From assembly GCA_043228905.1 (NCBI GenBank), contig JBHGNT010000009.1, positions 6,820,001 to 6,884,000 of the forward strand: a DNA stretch of 64,000 nucleotides. The letters run 5' to 3'. Under the pieces are notes generated by a model. It was given only the letters and a program-made list of their open reading frames with translations. It had not been told where the DNA came from and searched no databases. The translations under genes were made by a program, and so were the position numbers. Source of the DNA: Azolla caroliniana. Taxonomy: Eukaryota; Plantae; Polypodiophyta. This document shows, one piece after another, positions 24,940 through 37,055 of the stretch. Numbering within the stretch: position 1 is the stretch's first letter; the number at the start of each line of letters is the position of its first letter.

Positions 24940-27900
24940 TCGGGACATTTGAAATAGGTGATATGTCGTGTTCTCTTTTTTACTTCTAGGGAGATGTTAA
25001 AAAATGGCTTATTTCAACACAATTTCACGATGGTATGACCCATGCATGTACATGGATTGTTAAAACATACCAAAATTTTCAACTAATTATTTTAATGACA
25101 AGAAAATCTATAGTTTCATATTCCATCTGTCATGTTCTTTTATCCAATTTGAAGATAAGGAATGGAATTCCATGCAAGCTTAATTGTATTAACCCCAATT
25201 TTACAAATTATGAAAATGGTACCCCATTGAACAAATTTTATAATGCTAAATTTATGTCTATTTATATAGAATGTGCCTCTTAGTTTTAAATGCAATCCAC
25301 TCTGTTATTGATTTGTCTCAAAATGTAGACCATGGTTCTCAACTTGCTATCATTTTTAGAACTTTATTTCATAATAAACCTGTTGTAACTTTGTTTCAGA
25401 CTAGGATGCATTACCATGGAAGAGGGAACCATTAGCAATCCACATATTTGGTTTTCTCTTTGCATTTTTAAATTATGTGTGGAGTTTGCAGTTATATAGA
25501 AAGATTGAATAATTCCCAAAAAATGAGTATTTCTTAGCAAAAAAACATGGTGAAAACTTCACAAAACAGAGATCTAACTGCATAGAAAACTAGGGGAAAC
25601 TTCGTATATTTTCAACAAGAATCTGATGCAATGCATCCGATTCTTGTTGAAAATCCAACACTTACAACAAGAATCTGTTGCATTGCATCGGATTCTAGAT
25701 ATATAGATTAAAATCTGATGCAATGCAAGATGTTTTTTTAAAAACAAAAATAATAAAGTTCGAACACTTACAACAAGAATCTGATGCATTGCATTGAATT
25801 CGAGATGTATAGAGTAAAATCCAATGCAATGTATCAAATTTCAGTTGAAAATCAAATTTTTTTTTGATAAAATAACTCAAATTCTATCAAAACAATATAA
25901 AAATCTTGGATTTTCAATTGAAATTTGATGCAGTGCATCGGATTTGACTCTATAAATCTACAATCCAATGCAATGCATTGAATTTCAATTGAAAATCCAA
26001 GATTTTTTTATTTTTGTATGGAAATAATGAAATAAATCAATAAAATCTTGGATTTTCAACTGAAATTCGATGCACTGCATCGGATTGTAAATGTATAGAT
26101 GGAAAAAATTAAAAAACTCTTGGATTTTCAACTAGAATCGGATGCATTGCATCGGATTGTAAATGTATAGAGTAAGATCCAATGCACTACATCAGATTTC
26201 AATTGAAAATGCAAGAGTTTTTTAATTTTTTATGGAAAAAATTAAAAAACTCTTGGATTTTCAACTAAAATCGGATGCACTGCATTAGATTCTAGATGTA
26301 TAGAGTAAAATCCAATGCAATGCATCTTATTTCAATTGAAAATCCATGATTTTTATATTTTTTTATAGAATCTAGGTGATTTTTCCATTAAAAAATATGG
26401 GTTTTCAACTAGAATCTAATGCACTACATCGGATTTTAATCTCAATTGGAATATGGGTTCTCATCTAGAATCCGATGTAGTGCATCAAATTTCAATTGAA
26501 AATCCAATATTGTTTTATGGTAAAAAAGAAAAAGAAAAAGAAACAATTGTAATAAAACCAAAAAAAATGGATTTTCAACTAAAATCTGATTATTGCATCG
26601 GATTCTAGTTGTATAACTAAAATCTGATGCAGTACATCAGATTTTAGTTGAAAATCCATTTTTTTCAAATTTGTTTCGATTTTTTCCTAAATAAAATAGA
26701 TGTTTACCTGAAATCCAATGCACTACATTGGATTCTAGATGTATAGACTAAAGTCTAATGCAATGCATCGGATTTCAATTGAAAATCCATTTTATTTATG
26801 GAAAAATTGAAAACAAAATTGAAAAAAATGGATTTTGAATTGAAATCTGATGTAGGTAGAATCTGATGCAATGCGTTAGATTTTAGTTGAAAATCTATTT
26901 TTAATGGAAAAAATTTAAAAATTAAAACAAAATTTAAAAATCATGTATTTTCAACAATATTCTAATGCACTACATCATATTCTAGATTTATAGAGTAAAA
27001 TCCAATGCAGTGCATCAGATTTTAGTTGAAAATCCAAGATTTTTTTATTTTTTAAAAAATTAACAAGATAAATAAAAAATTCTTGGATTTTCAATTGAAA
27101 TCTAGTGCATTGGATCGAATTCTAGATGTATAGAGTAAACTCCGATGCAGTGCATCGGACTTCAGTTAGAAATCCAATATTTGTTTTTTTAATGGAAACG
27201 AAAAAGCATCTTTATGGCATTTTTTAGATTCTAACAATTTTGGTAGAATAAATGGTACCTTGCAGGTTTCTCTCATATAATTAAATTTCGTGAATAGAAA
27301 GTGCATAATTAACTATTATAAACAAAAAGTGAAGACAAAAGAATGCATCAAGCACGTATACTCTCACATTGGATAATGTTTGCATATTAGTGTATGACTT
27401 CTCTTTGACCAAAACAAGCTATTTGCGACAAACCACAATCAAGATACTAAAAGAGAAGATCCCAAATGTGGCTCTAGACACAACACAAAGACAAACAAGA
27501 AGCATGACCCATAACCACAATGAGGTTGGATTGCAATTGGATGAAGACAATGCATTAGTTACCACTGATGATGAGGATGAGACCTCACAAACTCTTGCTA
27601 GTTCATTTGATGGATCTAAAGATGATGGCATAGACTTGGAAAACGATAGTTCTGATACATTAACTGTAAATATTGTAGTGTACATCAAAATCTAGATTCA
27701 CGAATTTCTATAAATATTTTTGTTAGTCATTTTGGACATTCATTTGTAAGTTTGGCATGTCCATTATTTAGCCATTTTTTTGAGCACTGAAACTTTCTTA
27801 CATGTTAGAAATCAATATATTTTTGTGTTATTTTTTAAAATCCTTTACATATGTGGCACCCCTTTTTGTGAAGCGACCTATTTTGTGTCATTTTTTTACG

Positions 27901-27946
27901 AACAAGTTCCCAAAATGCAACATATTACCTGTTTCAAATGTCTCGG
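24940..27946. mobile_element. Putative non-autonomous or decayed DNA transposon bounded by terminal inverted repeats, about 3.0 kb
   Basis: 29-bp terminal inverted repeats at 24940-24968 and 27918-27946 match at 24/29 positions, and all mismatches are transitions. Immediate flanks are CA (left) and TA (right). Superfamily is undetermined. Confidence 0.65.
25610..27180. repeat. Array of nested palindromic modules
   Basis: About 24 copies (my count) of the 23-bp palindrome AATCCGATGCA-N-TGCATCGGATT, mostly in pairs around a 17-bp core CTAGATGTATAGAGTAA and flanked by GGATTTTCAA../..TTGAAAATCC. Confidence 0.92.
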
Positions 27947-27974
27947 TATTATTAGTTATGTTACATAGTATTGG

Positions 27975-28044
27975 GGTGTTCTCACACTTGAATTTTCCTA
28001 TAGTGTGTTCACACACTAGGGGAAGTTGAGTTTGATTCTCAACA
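27975..28044 (-). mobile_element. Short solo LTR-like fragment related to the 23670/24316 repeats
   Basis: Shares GTGTGTTCACACAC...GTTGAG(T/C)TTGATTCTCAACA. ATTGG occurs on both sides (27970-74 and 28045-49). Confidence 0.5.
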
Positions 28045-30499
28045 ATTGGTCATGTTATGTACTACATGTGGTTAACAATATGAAAGAGGGAAGTGTATTC
28101 CATCCCAAGCCATCATACCTAGGAACAAAAGGAGGACAATAATACTGAAAGTACTCTTACTTCTCCAATAGAAACCAAGTATCGAAATTAGCATCAATAA
28201 GCACTCCAAAATCACCAACTTGAATCCACTCCATCTTCTTTGGTCCAGCTCCCTAATGGTTCCGCTCTTGTTCCACACGCATGCATGTATCCTCGCAATA
28301 GCAACCAATATAGGTGTCTCACTCCCACTTCGTCTTTCCCCTTTCATGGAGGGGTTTTCACAAAGACCTCTTCGTGGAATGATTCCATGAAGGGTCAGCC
28401 TTTGTGGATTGAATCCAAGCATGGTCTCTTCATGAAGTAATTCTAGTAAGAGCCCAAGAAGCATGTGTTTAGACACAATCTTCATGTTCACACGTTTTCC
28501 CAGAATTTCTCAACATGAACATCACCCGCCTAACGGGGCGCCCAAGTTTTTGAGCTCCTATTGTGGGTTTGAGTCTCATTGTTTGCCCATTTTCTTTAAG
28601 TCGTAACTTTCCATTGGGAGCTCAAATTCAAGTTCCGAAAATTTTTCCACAATAATTCCCATTAAGGGAACTAGTTGCTTGTTTATTGAAAGTATAAATT
28701 CAACCACCTCCCAAATTTACACAATTTTTCCCTTAAGTTGACACTTGGAGAACTAATTCTTGATCAGGAGGATTCTTAATGATCGTTGTTTGGTAATACA
28801 ACAAGATCTTTTAAAATACATCTAATTCAAGATGAGAAAAAGTACATTAGTTCGCAATCATTCTTAAAACGCTAAAACAAGATGCATTCGAGGATAAAAT
28901 CGTCAAGCCCGTTACATGGGGTGGGCTAGAATAGGCTAATGATGAAGAAGTCGATGTTCGATTAAGATAAAGATAGAGTTTTGGGAGGAGGAGATCCTCG
29001 AGTTTTCGTGTAGCAAGCCTATGATCAGCATGCATGATGCCATCTCGTCATAGGTATCCTACACATTGTTGTGATTCTCTGTCCCGCAATGATCCTTTTA
29101 GTGACAAAGCATGGGCGTCTCTCTTATAATGTCCATCCTTGGCTATGAGATCTCCTTCTCCTTTTACAAGTTTTAAGATCACATCTACGAAGATAATAAG
29201 TTTGTAGCATGAATTGCCACATTTCCACTACACTCAACTTTTGAAAAAGTGAATTCCTCCTTTCATTTTATCGTGTTTCTCATCCTTACATGGTAAACCA
29301 TCATCTCAAACAAATTAAGACGGCACTCAGCTTAAGATGTGGAATTCAATTATCTAAATACCTTGGAACAAATGTTCATGACATGAAAGGTAAGGTACAA
29401 CAATGACCAACCAATAATGGAGAAGGTGCAACAACTAAGGTCCATAAATGAACATCAAGTTGACAACCTAATTATCCCTACACAACTTGGTTCAACACAA
29501 GAAAATACGCCACTTCTTGAATGGGAGGATTAAACCCAAAACAAGGGTGGTTCATTGTCATAAGAATCTATGAGAATGGTGTGAACGATAGGAATATGGC
29601 CACCAAGGTCGTGAATCTAAGGAAGATGAATTTGGTAGCATTGTTGATGATGGTTTGTGAGAGTTAATCAAGTATGATAGGGTGTGATTGTTCTTATGAT
29701 GATCTCTCCTCTTTTGTGTGTGTTTATCATGTTGAATGTGCGGGTAAATGTGTGTGTTCCATTATATGTAATGTGTGACTAATGTATGATTGTGTGAATT
29801 GCATATGTGCAATGGTTTTATGATTTCATGAATTTATGAATTTATGTATGTGAATGTATGCTTGGGTAAGGGAAGACACTATATAAATATGGGATACATC
29901 TTTAGAAATAAGGGAATTATGGTATTTGGGTATCAGAAAACTTTCAAAGGAAGAGTATGTGTAAAAGGTGAGAGGGAAGGGGTGGTGTGAAAGTAAACAG
30001 GGGAAAGGGGGAAATAGTGTGAAATCTAGGCTCTATATGGAGCCTACACCCAAATATCCAAAGGTAGGCTCAACATGATTTATAGACTTGAGTTGTTTAA
30101 ATTGTTATCCAAGACTAGGCATTTGAATCCCAAATATGTGAATCCGACAATGACCTCTCTTGCTCGTTATATAGCTTTTAGGAGCTCTCTTGTTAGGCAA
30201 CAATAGAATCATCTATTTTTACCATGCACCATTACTTCCTTTTTTGAGCATGTCATTGTCTTTATCCTTGCATTGGTGCCTCATTTTAGCAAAATGTATG
30301 TCAATGTTTCACATTCACCACACGCTTCATTGTCGTTGCTTTTTTTTCCCCTAAAGAGATATGCATTTGTATTATAAGATCATAAGAAATACAAAAGTTG
30401 TGTTGGATAAATGAGTATACCAACAGACTCCATTGTACTCACATCATAGAGGATTTGATGTGTATATACAAGAACTACACATATTTGTACACCATATCT

Positions 30500-31813
30500 C
30501 CAAGATTTTTATGGTCTACTCCTCCCAAACTGCAAATGAGCATGCCATGTAACCTATACCACCAACATCTGTAACAACACGCTTCCGTGTCTCGCTTGTG
30601 GGGAAACCTAAGTGCTTTGTTTGACAATGGTCGGTGGTTGGCAATGAGGGTGGCAATGTTGGAAGGTAAGAAGTGGCAAGTGAACCCGGACCCAGGGAAG
30701 CTGGATAATGATTGTAAACTATGGCTATTTGACAACAAGCCCCTATGTGATTTGGAGTGGGATCCATTAGAGGTATGGTGGCAGAAACCGAGAACGAACA
30801 AACTGGAGGGGTTTTTTTAGTATAGTACTAAGCTAGGAAGGCAAATCATTGGCTCCAAATCAGTGGGCACTACTCAAATTCGCAATAGTTGGAGGGATAA
30901 AGGCACATCAGATGACTTGTTGAAGTCGTTTTGGAGGAGACTATGGGCGTTGGATATGCCAAAAAAATAAAGGTTTGGTTTTGGCTTCTTAGCCATAAGG
31001 CGATACTTGTAGGGGAGTGGATGAGGTGTCATGGTGGGGAGGCTGGTTGTAAGTTATGTGGACACTCTTTGGAATCAATACCTCACTATTTTTGGAATTG
31101 TGCAGAGGCGATCAACATTTGGGGTAGAAGTCTCAGGATGGTGGCAGCATGTGGTGTGAATGGGAGAGTTGTGTGGGGGTCCTTACAGGGTTTGAAGCTA
31201 ATAGGGGAAGGCTGGCGGAACAATTAAACCCACATGGTCATGGATTTATAGTGCAGGGTGGCATTGTGTTCCAATGTGTCGGAGTGAAACCTGGCACAAA
31301 CTCTAGTTTTTTTTAGGAGATATGGATGTTGGTGGCATGCTTATCGGTCTAGCACATTTGGACCAGGAAATGTATGTTTGTTTTTCAGCAACGAAAGCTC
31401 CCAAACGGTGAGGTGTTGCTAAACATTTGGTTCAAGCTGGTATCTTGGTTGCACGGACGATACAACTCGATTGAAGGGAACTCAGATGAAGCAAAAAGGG
31501 CTCAGTCAAAGTTTCTGTTGAACTGGGGTGGTTCTCTTATGATGGTAAAATCATCATCATGGCCTAAATGGAACTACCGAGCACCGAGATGATTGTTTCC
31601 ACCAATGGCTTCCATTAGTGGACAAGAGATGTAAATATCTATAGCTGCAATACAAGTAAGTTACCATGTAAAAAGAGTCAGTGGGATACTTTTGTTGTAA
31701 ATGACGGGGTGGGGATTATGATTAGTTTTGTGTGGAGACGTGTGAGTTCTGCGAATATGGTTGAACTTTAATGTACTTCGTTTGCTAACTAATGTGATTT
31801 TGGGGGAAAAAAA
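30500..31813 (+). mobile_element. 3' fragment of a decayed L1-type LINE (zf-RVT region)
   Basis: KIKVWFWLLSHKAIL...CKLCGHSLESIPHYFWNC...IW is the zf-RVT pattern of plant L1 ORF2. Frameshifts are present and a short A-tract lies at about 31807-31813. The 5' boundary is approximate. Confidence 0.8.
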
Positions 31814-32253
31814 CAGGATTCCTTGTCGTTACTTATAAGTTATAACTCATCTTTCTCCCTTCTTTGCCTTTATCAGGTTTTGAAACCTTGTTCCAATGGC
31901 TAGCTCTTACCATTTGAGATATATATATATATAGTCTATTTAAAATCCTCATGTTCTCAATTTTTCTTCCAATGGTCGTTCTAACCAAGATTTTGACCCA
32001 TAGTAAAACTTGACATTTCTGCACTTTTCTTCCTTCAGACACACACCATATCACGACAACATCTCAAGAGGCCAAAGAGCATAGAGGGGAGAGAACATCG
32101 GATCCATTAAAAGAAAGTTTAGGCTATTAAAGGGCTTTATAAGAAATGAGCCAAAAGTTGACCAAGCATTAAGCATGTTAAACATTAAGGGTGATAAACG
32201 TGAGAAGCACCCTACAAAGATGCAGTTTAAGACTTTCAACAACATTTTGAAGT

Positions 32254-32295
<42 letters not shown>

Positions 32296-32859
32296 GAAAC
32301 TGTTTTAACCTAAATTTTTTGAGATATATGAACACGTTTTGGCCACACCAATTTAGCATTTGTAAACCATGCAATGGAAATTGCTACTCTCGCATACAAA
32401 AATTATTTTTTTTAAATTTCCGATATGCATTAAAATCCTAGCAATGTTTTTTTTCCAAAAGAAAAGTGAATCCTAAATACATAGGCATACCCTCCTACTA
32501 TAAGCCATTATACACATCTGCTCACATGTGTAAAAATATCAAATTAATTTCAAATTGATCATACCCATTATTTTCATACATTATCCTTTGTTTGGATTTT
32601 AATATTCAATGCAAGATGTGTATGAGTATATGGATAACATAGAGGAATGTTTTTAATTCAAAATGGTCTAGGTTGTATTACACCCATTACTTGATGACAT
32701 TAACCTGGGGCTTTTTATTTGGAATATTACTCGTGACACGTCTCTTCTAGTCTCTTTGTTCTTTCCAAGAAGTTGAAATTGTGTTGACACTCATGTGTGG
32801 TCATCACTTTATGCAATTTCTCAACTGACTCATAAACAAGTGAGTAAACATATTCAAAT

Positions 32860-33323
32860 TAACAATCGGCAATGGTTCGGTTCGGTTCGGTTGAGTTTGA
32901 GAGGGTCCAAACCGAAGCGGTTTGGAACCGAACCATTTAATTTTTTTGAAACCTGAACCAAACCAAACCATTAAACCATTATACCGTAAAAACTACAGTT
33001 TCGTGGTTTGGTTTCGGTTTTCAACATAGGCCAAATTTTTAATTTTTTTAAATTTATAATATTTCATTTTTAAAATTTTTTAAGATGTTCCTAAAATGTG
33101 AGAATAAGGTCTAAAAATGAAAAGATTGTTTAAAAACAAATTTTTAAATTTTTTTTTAAAAATAAAAAAATAAAAACCGTTTAACCGTTTAAACCGCGGT
33201 TTTTGACTGTTGAAACCGAACCATTAAAAAAAACCTAAACCTGAACCTGACTGAACCGTTAAGCCGTTAAACCGTGGTTTAGCGGTTCGGTTCAGTTCAA
33301 AACCGAATCATTGCTGATTGTTA
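32860..33323. mobile_element. hAT-type MITE, 464 bp
   Basis: TIR TAACAATCGGCAATGGTTCGG / CCGAATCATTGCTGATTGTTA (2 mismatches). 8-bp target-site duplication ATTCAAAT/ATCCAAAT (7/8). Many subterminal AACCG/CGGTT motifs and an AT-rich centre. Confidence 0.88.
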
Positions 33324-34989
33324 ATCCAAATATACCCTACATCAAAAATTTCCATTGGTTAGTGAATGGTCTAAATGTATTTTGAAAATTCAAATTTTCA
33401 ACATAAAAAAATCACATTTTGCTAAAATTTACTATAACCGAATATAAGGTTGATAGCATGCCATACTTTCTATTATGGTAATTGCACAATAGTGACTCGC
33501 TATCGTACATATAATAGAGGCCATTAAAGCTATGTAGTTGTTGGATTGGGCCTAACATGTGACTTATCATATATTCATACATGATGCTTGTCATTGTGGA
33601 ACCACATGCCATTCACCACAAACCACTTCATCTTGTTATCTTTGCCTTGTGTATATAAGTTGTGTTGTATGACATATGCCTTGCTCTAGCCCAACAACAT
33701 CGAGACATCCTCAAGCTCCCAATGCTTGAACATATTACCATTTAGGGTATTCCTCATGGCTTGGGAAAATGATTAACACCTCATTATCCCCAAGGGTACG
33801 CCTCTCATCATAGATGGTCAATCCTAGTGGCATTCTAATAAGGCTACATCCTCCATCTCCACCATCAATGCTCTGTTATGTAGAAATCCCATGTAGTTTG
33901 GGGACAAGTGGAAGTGTAAATAATGGCATCATTTTAAAAGAAAGTGATGTTAACTACCACAATGGTAATTGCAAGAATTTGGCTAAGTTATTGCCAATGC
34001 GGCAATGTCTTGAGAGATATATTAATGTGTGATTACAAGGAGAATGCAACATATGGTTAATAAGCATGCTACCACTTTGAATCTAAGTAGTGCATGATGG
34101 GATGAGAAACAATGTTTCATTGTGCCTTGTCTTGAGTGAGAGAGAGAGAGAGAGAGAGAGAAAGAGATAGATGGATAGATAGATATATTATATTATCATC
34201 TTGGGAGGTCAAATATAACATGAACATGATGGAACTCATGAGTCCTTAGAGAGAGAGAGAGAGAGAGTAAAGTTAAAGAATTCCTTATGATTCTTTGACC
34301 GTTACATATGATTCTTTCAATGCTCAAAGAATCTAGAACAATGAAGGGTTGATATCTATGTGTATGTACTTACTTGGTGTTTGTTGATATAGGTGGGTAA
34401 GAAACCTTTATGGTGAGAGGGGCATTAGATTTTGATTATTTATATTAGGGAATGCGAAATCATAAGAAGGGAGTGTATAGGAAGCTAAAGAGAGTTGAAG
34501 AGAGCAATGTGCTATTCTAGTGACCAATGTGGCAATACTATGGGACAATGACAAAAGTTAGATTGGATAATGTGATGTACACTAATTATAGGGTCTACAA
34601 TGGATGGGATATGTCACGTCTGCGTGAGAATCTCCATAAATAAATATTAGTCAACAATCTATGTTAATGGAGGCGTAAACCACAACAGAAAACACATGGC
34701 AAGCTTGGAGGTGACTTAGAACATGGTATATTGTTGTTATGCACACATGTGAAAAAGCGTTCGCATTCCGAGTATGGGCTTTTCTCCAATTCCAGGATTA
34801 GAGCATCTGATGCTTTTAGGTGAGAGGAATGGGCGTCTAGAATGCAAAAATAGTATATTGCAAAGCCTTCACAAAAACATCGAATTTGTCCGTATACTAA
34901 TAAATATGCACAATCAAAATATAGTGGGAAACACCAAGCAACCTGACTTCAGGAACCAACTACCAACTGACCAACCAAAACCTCAACAC

Positions 34990-35051
<62 letters not shown>

Positions 35052-35195
35052 CACACACACACAAACTTAATATAAAGTTATTTATTTAAATCCATTAATG
35101 AAAAATCAATAATAAATCATGCGAGAAATCGAACAAACGGATGGTGTGTACAAATACAAGCAGGCGATGGACGTCACCGCCCACACATGGTCCTT

Positions 35196-35228
<33 letters not shown>

Positions 35229-35285
35229 CATGTGTCTGCACGTGCGTGCTTGTGTGTGTATGTGTGAAAATTCAAGGAATTGGTG

Positions 35286-35701
35286 TTTTGTTGTTGGCGG
35301 GGAGACAAGGGGAGAGGGGTATAATCACAATTATGGAAAATCTTGTGATTTGTATCTACCCCTGCTTCTTCTTCTTCTTCTTCTGTTCATGGTTAACAAA
35401 TGGTAAAAAAAAATGAGGCATTTTGTCATTGGTGGGGAGGGAAGGGGTAGGGGGGTATAATCACAATTATGGAAATCCTTGTGTTTTCTATCTACCCCTT
35501 CTTCTTCTTCTTCTTCTTCTTCTTCTTCTTCTTCTCATGGTTAAACAAATACAAAACTGAATAAAGCATTTTTGTTGTTGGTGGGGAGGCAGGGGACAGG
35601 GGTATAATCACAATTATGGAAAATGCTTGGTATTTTCTATCTACCCCTGCTTCTTCTTCTTCTTCTGCTCATGGTTAAACAAATACAAAGCAAAATAAGC
35701 A
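35286..35701. repeat. Three tandem 135-150 bp units, each with an imperfect hairpin and a variable (CTT)n tract
   Basis: GGGGTATAATCACAATTATGGAAA...TATCTACCCCT-(CTT)n-CATGGTTAA is repeated three times upstream of the TauE gene. Confidence 0.9.
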
Positions 35702-37055
35702 TCAATATGCTATGTCCATATCTTCTTGATCAAGAAAAGGATTCAGGTATGTCTCCCCTCTAGGATCTTAGACAGGTCCATCTCTGTATTCAGAGCTTTA
35801 TATTGATTGCATGCAGTAGTAGAGAAGGTAGGATCGTCAGATTGTGTGTGTTTGTGTGTGAGAAGAGTCTAGTGATACATTTGTATATTACTTATTTATG
35901 CCAAGGAAAGCTTATTCTTTTTTTGTTTTCCCTTGAATTCTTCTTAAGGTGAGGCACATTCTTTATTATCTTCTATTCAAATCAGATTCAAACAGAGGAT
36001 AACGTAAAACTATATCCAGTTTTTTCATCATGTTTTCTCCTTAGCCTAAGGTAATATATTCATCTTTTAGCTTTAAATTACAGATAAATATGTATAGATA
36101 TAGCTATGTCCATATACAGCCAAATGATTATACATGCATAACTATCGTTGTTTTGTTCATATTTTTGTGGAATTGGATTGGATGATTCTGTAGTAATCCA
36201 TTTATTTCTTTGTTTATATATAAGACTGAGTTCGATTCCCATTGATTTTGATATGAATAGTTGATGCCATTTTTAAGGATGATTTCAAAAAGAATAAGCC
36301 CAGAGCTCCATTTTTACTATATTTCAATCTGTGTTTTTGTACAAAAAATAATCATGGTAATCATCTCATCCTGTCATCTTTAGTTCAAACATTACTACAG
36401 AATCAGCCGATTCTGGGACTTTCTTGTATCTGCAGCCAGAAAACTGAGGAAAACTCGTACTACTCATAAACTGCCCGAAATTCAATCAGTATTTGCATTA
36501 ACGTTCTGCCAAAACTTTAATCAGCACGTGCCTGAAAATTTGGACACTTATTGTGGCATTATTATGAATAATATTGCTATTTGATGGCATTAATCATATT
36601 AAAAAACCATGCAATGAACCAACTTCAATTGTGTTAAAAACAAAAGAATAATCATAAGATTTGATACAATCAAGCATGGTATATTGTGTGTAAAGAAGGG
36701 GTGTTGATCCTGTTGCGCTTTTTGTTAAGCTTATTTAGTTGCTTGGAAAATTAGGGGTATTAAAAAATACAATTTGCTAAATATGAGTAAATGATTGATT
36801 TTGGAAGACAATCAAACTATTATAAAATCTCTTATTTCTTTCTTTATCAGGTACACTTGCAGAGACCATATTTATATTATAAATTATAACTGAGGACTAC
36901 TTTCACAGTGTTTGAGTAGGTTCACACCTCGTGAACCTGATGAGGCTAGATCGAACCTGGGACGGACATTTTTGCAAATAGATATATTAAGAACCATTAA
37001 ATATAGCAAAAGATTGGAATTTAGAAGTTAAGGAAACAACATTCATGACATTAAA

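Noticed and set aside
25610-27180. CRISPR array interpretation of the palindromic repeats
   Set aside because: The spacers are either a recurring 17-mer or low-complexity A/T tracts rather than unique sequences, there are no cas genes, and the context is a eukaryotic genome.
28072-28491. 139-aa minus-strand ORF, possibly a gypsy gag relic
   Set aside because: No recognisable motif in a single frame; too degraded to call without a search.
36915-36960. CTGATGAG next to an 8-bp hairpin (AGGTTCAC/GTGAACCT) as a hammerhead ribozyme
   Set aside because: There is no GAAA core or proper stem II, and the hairpin overlaps the putative core.
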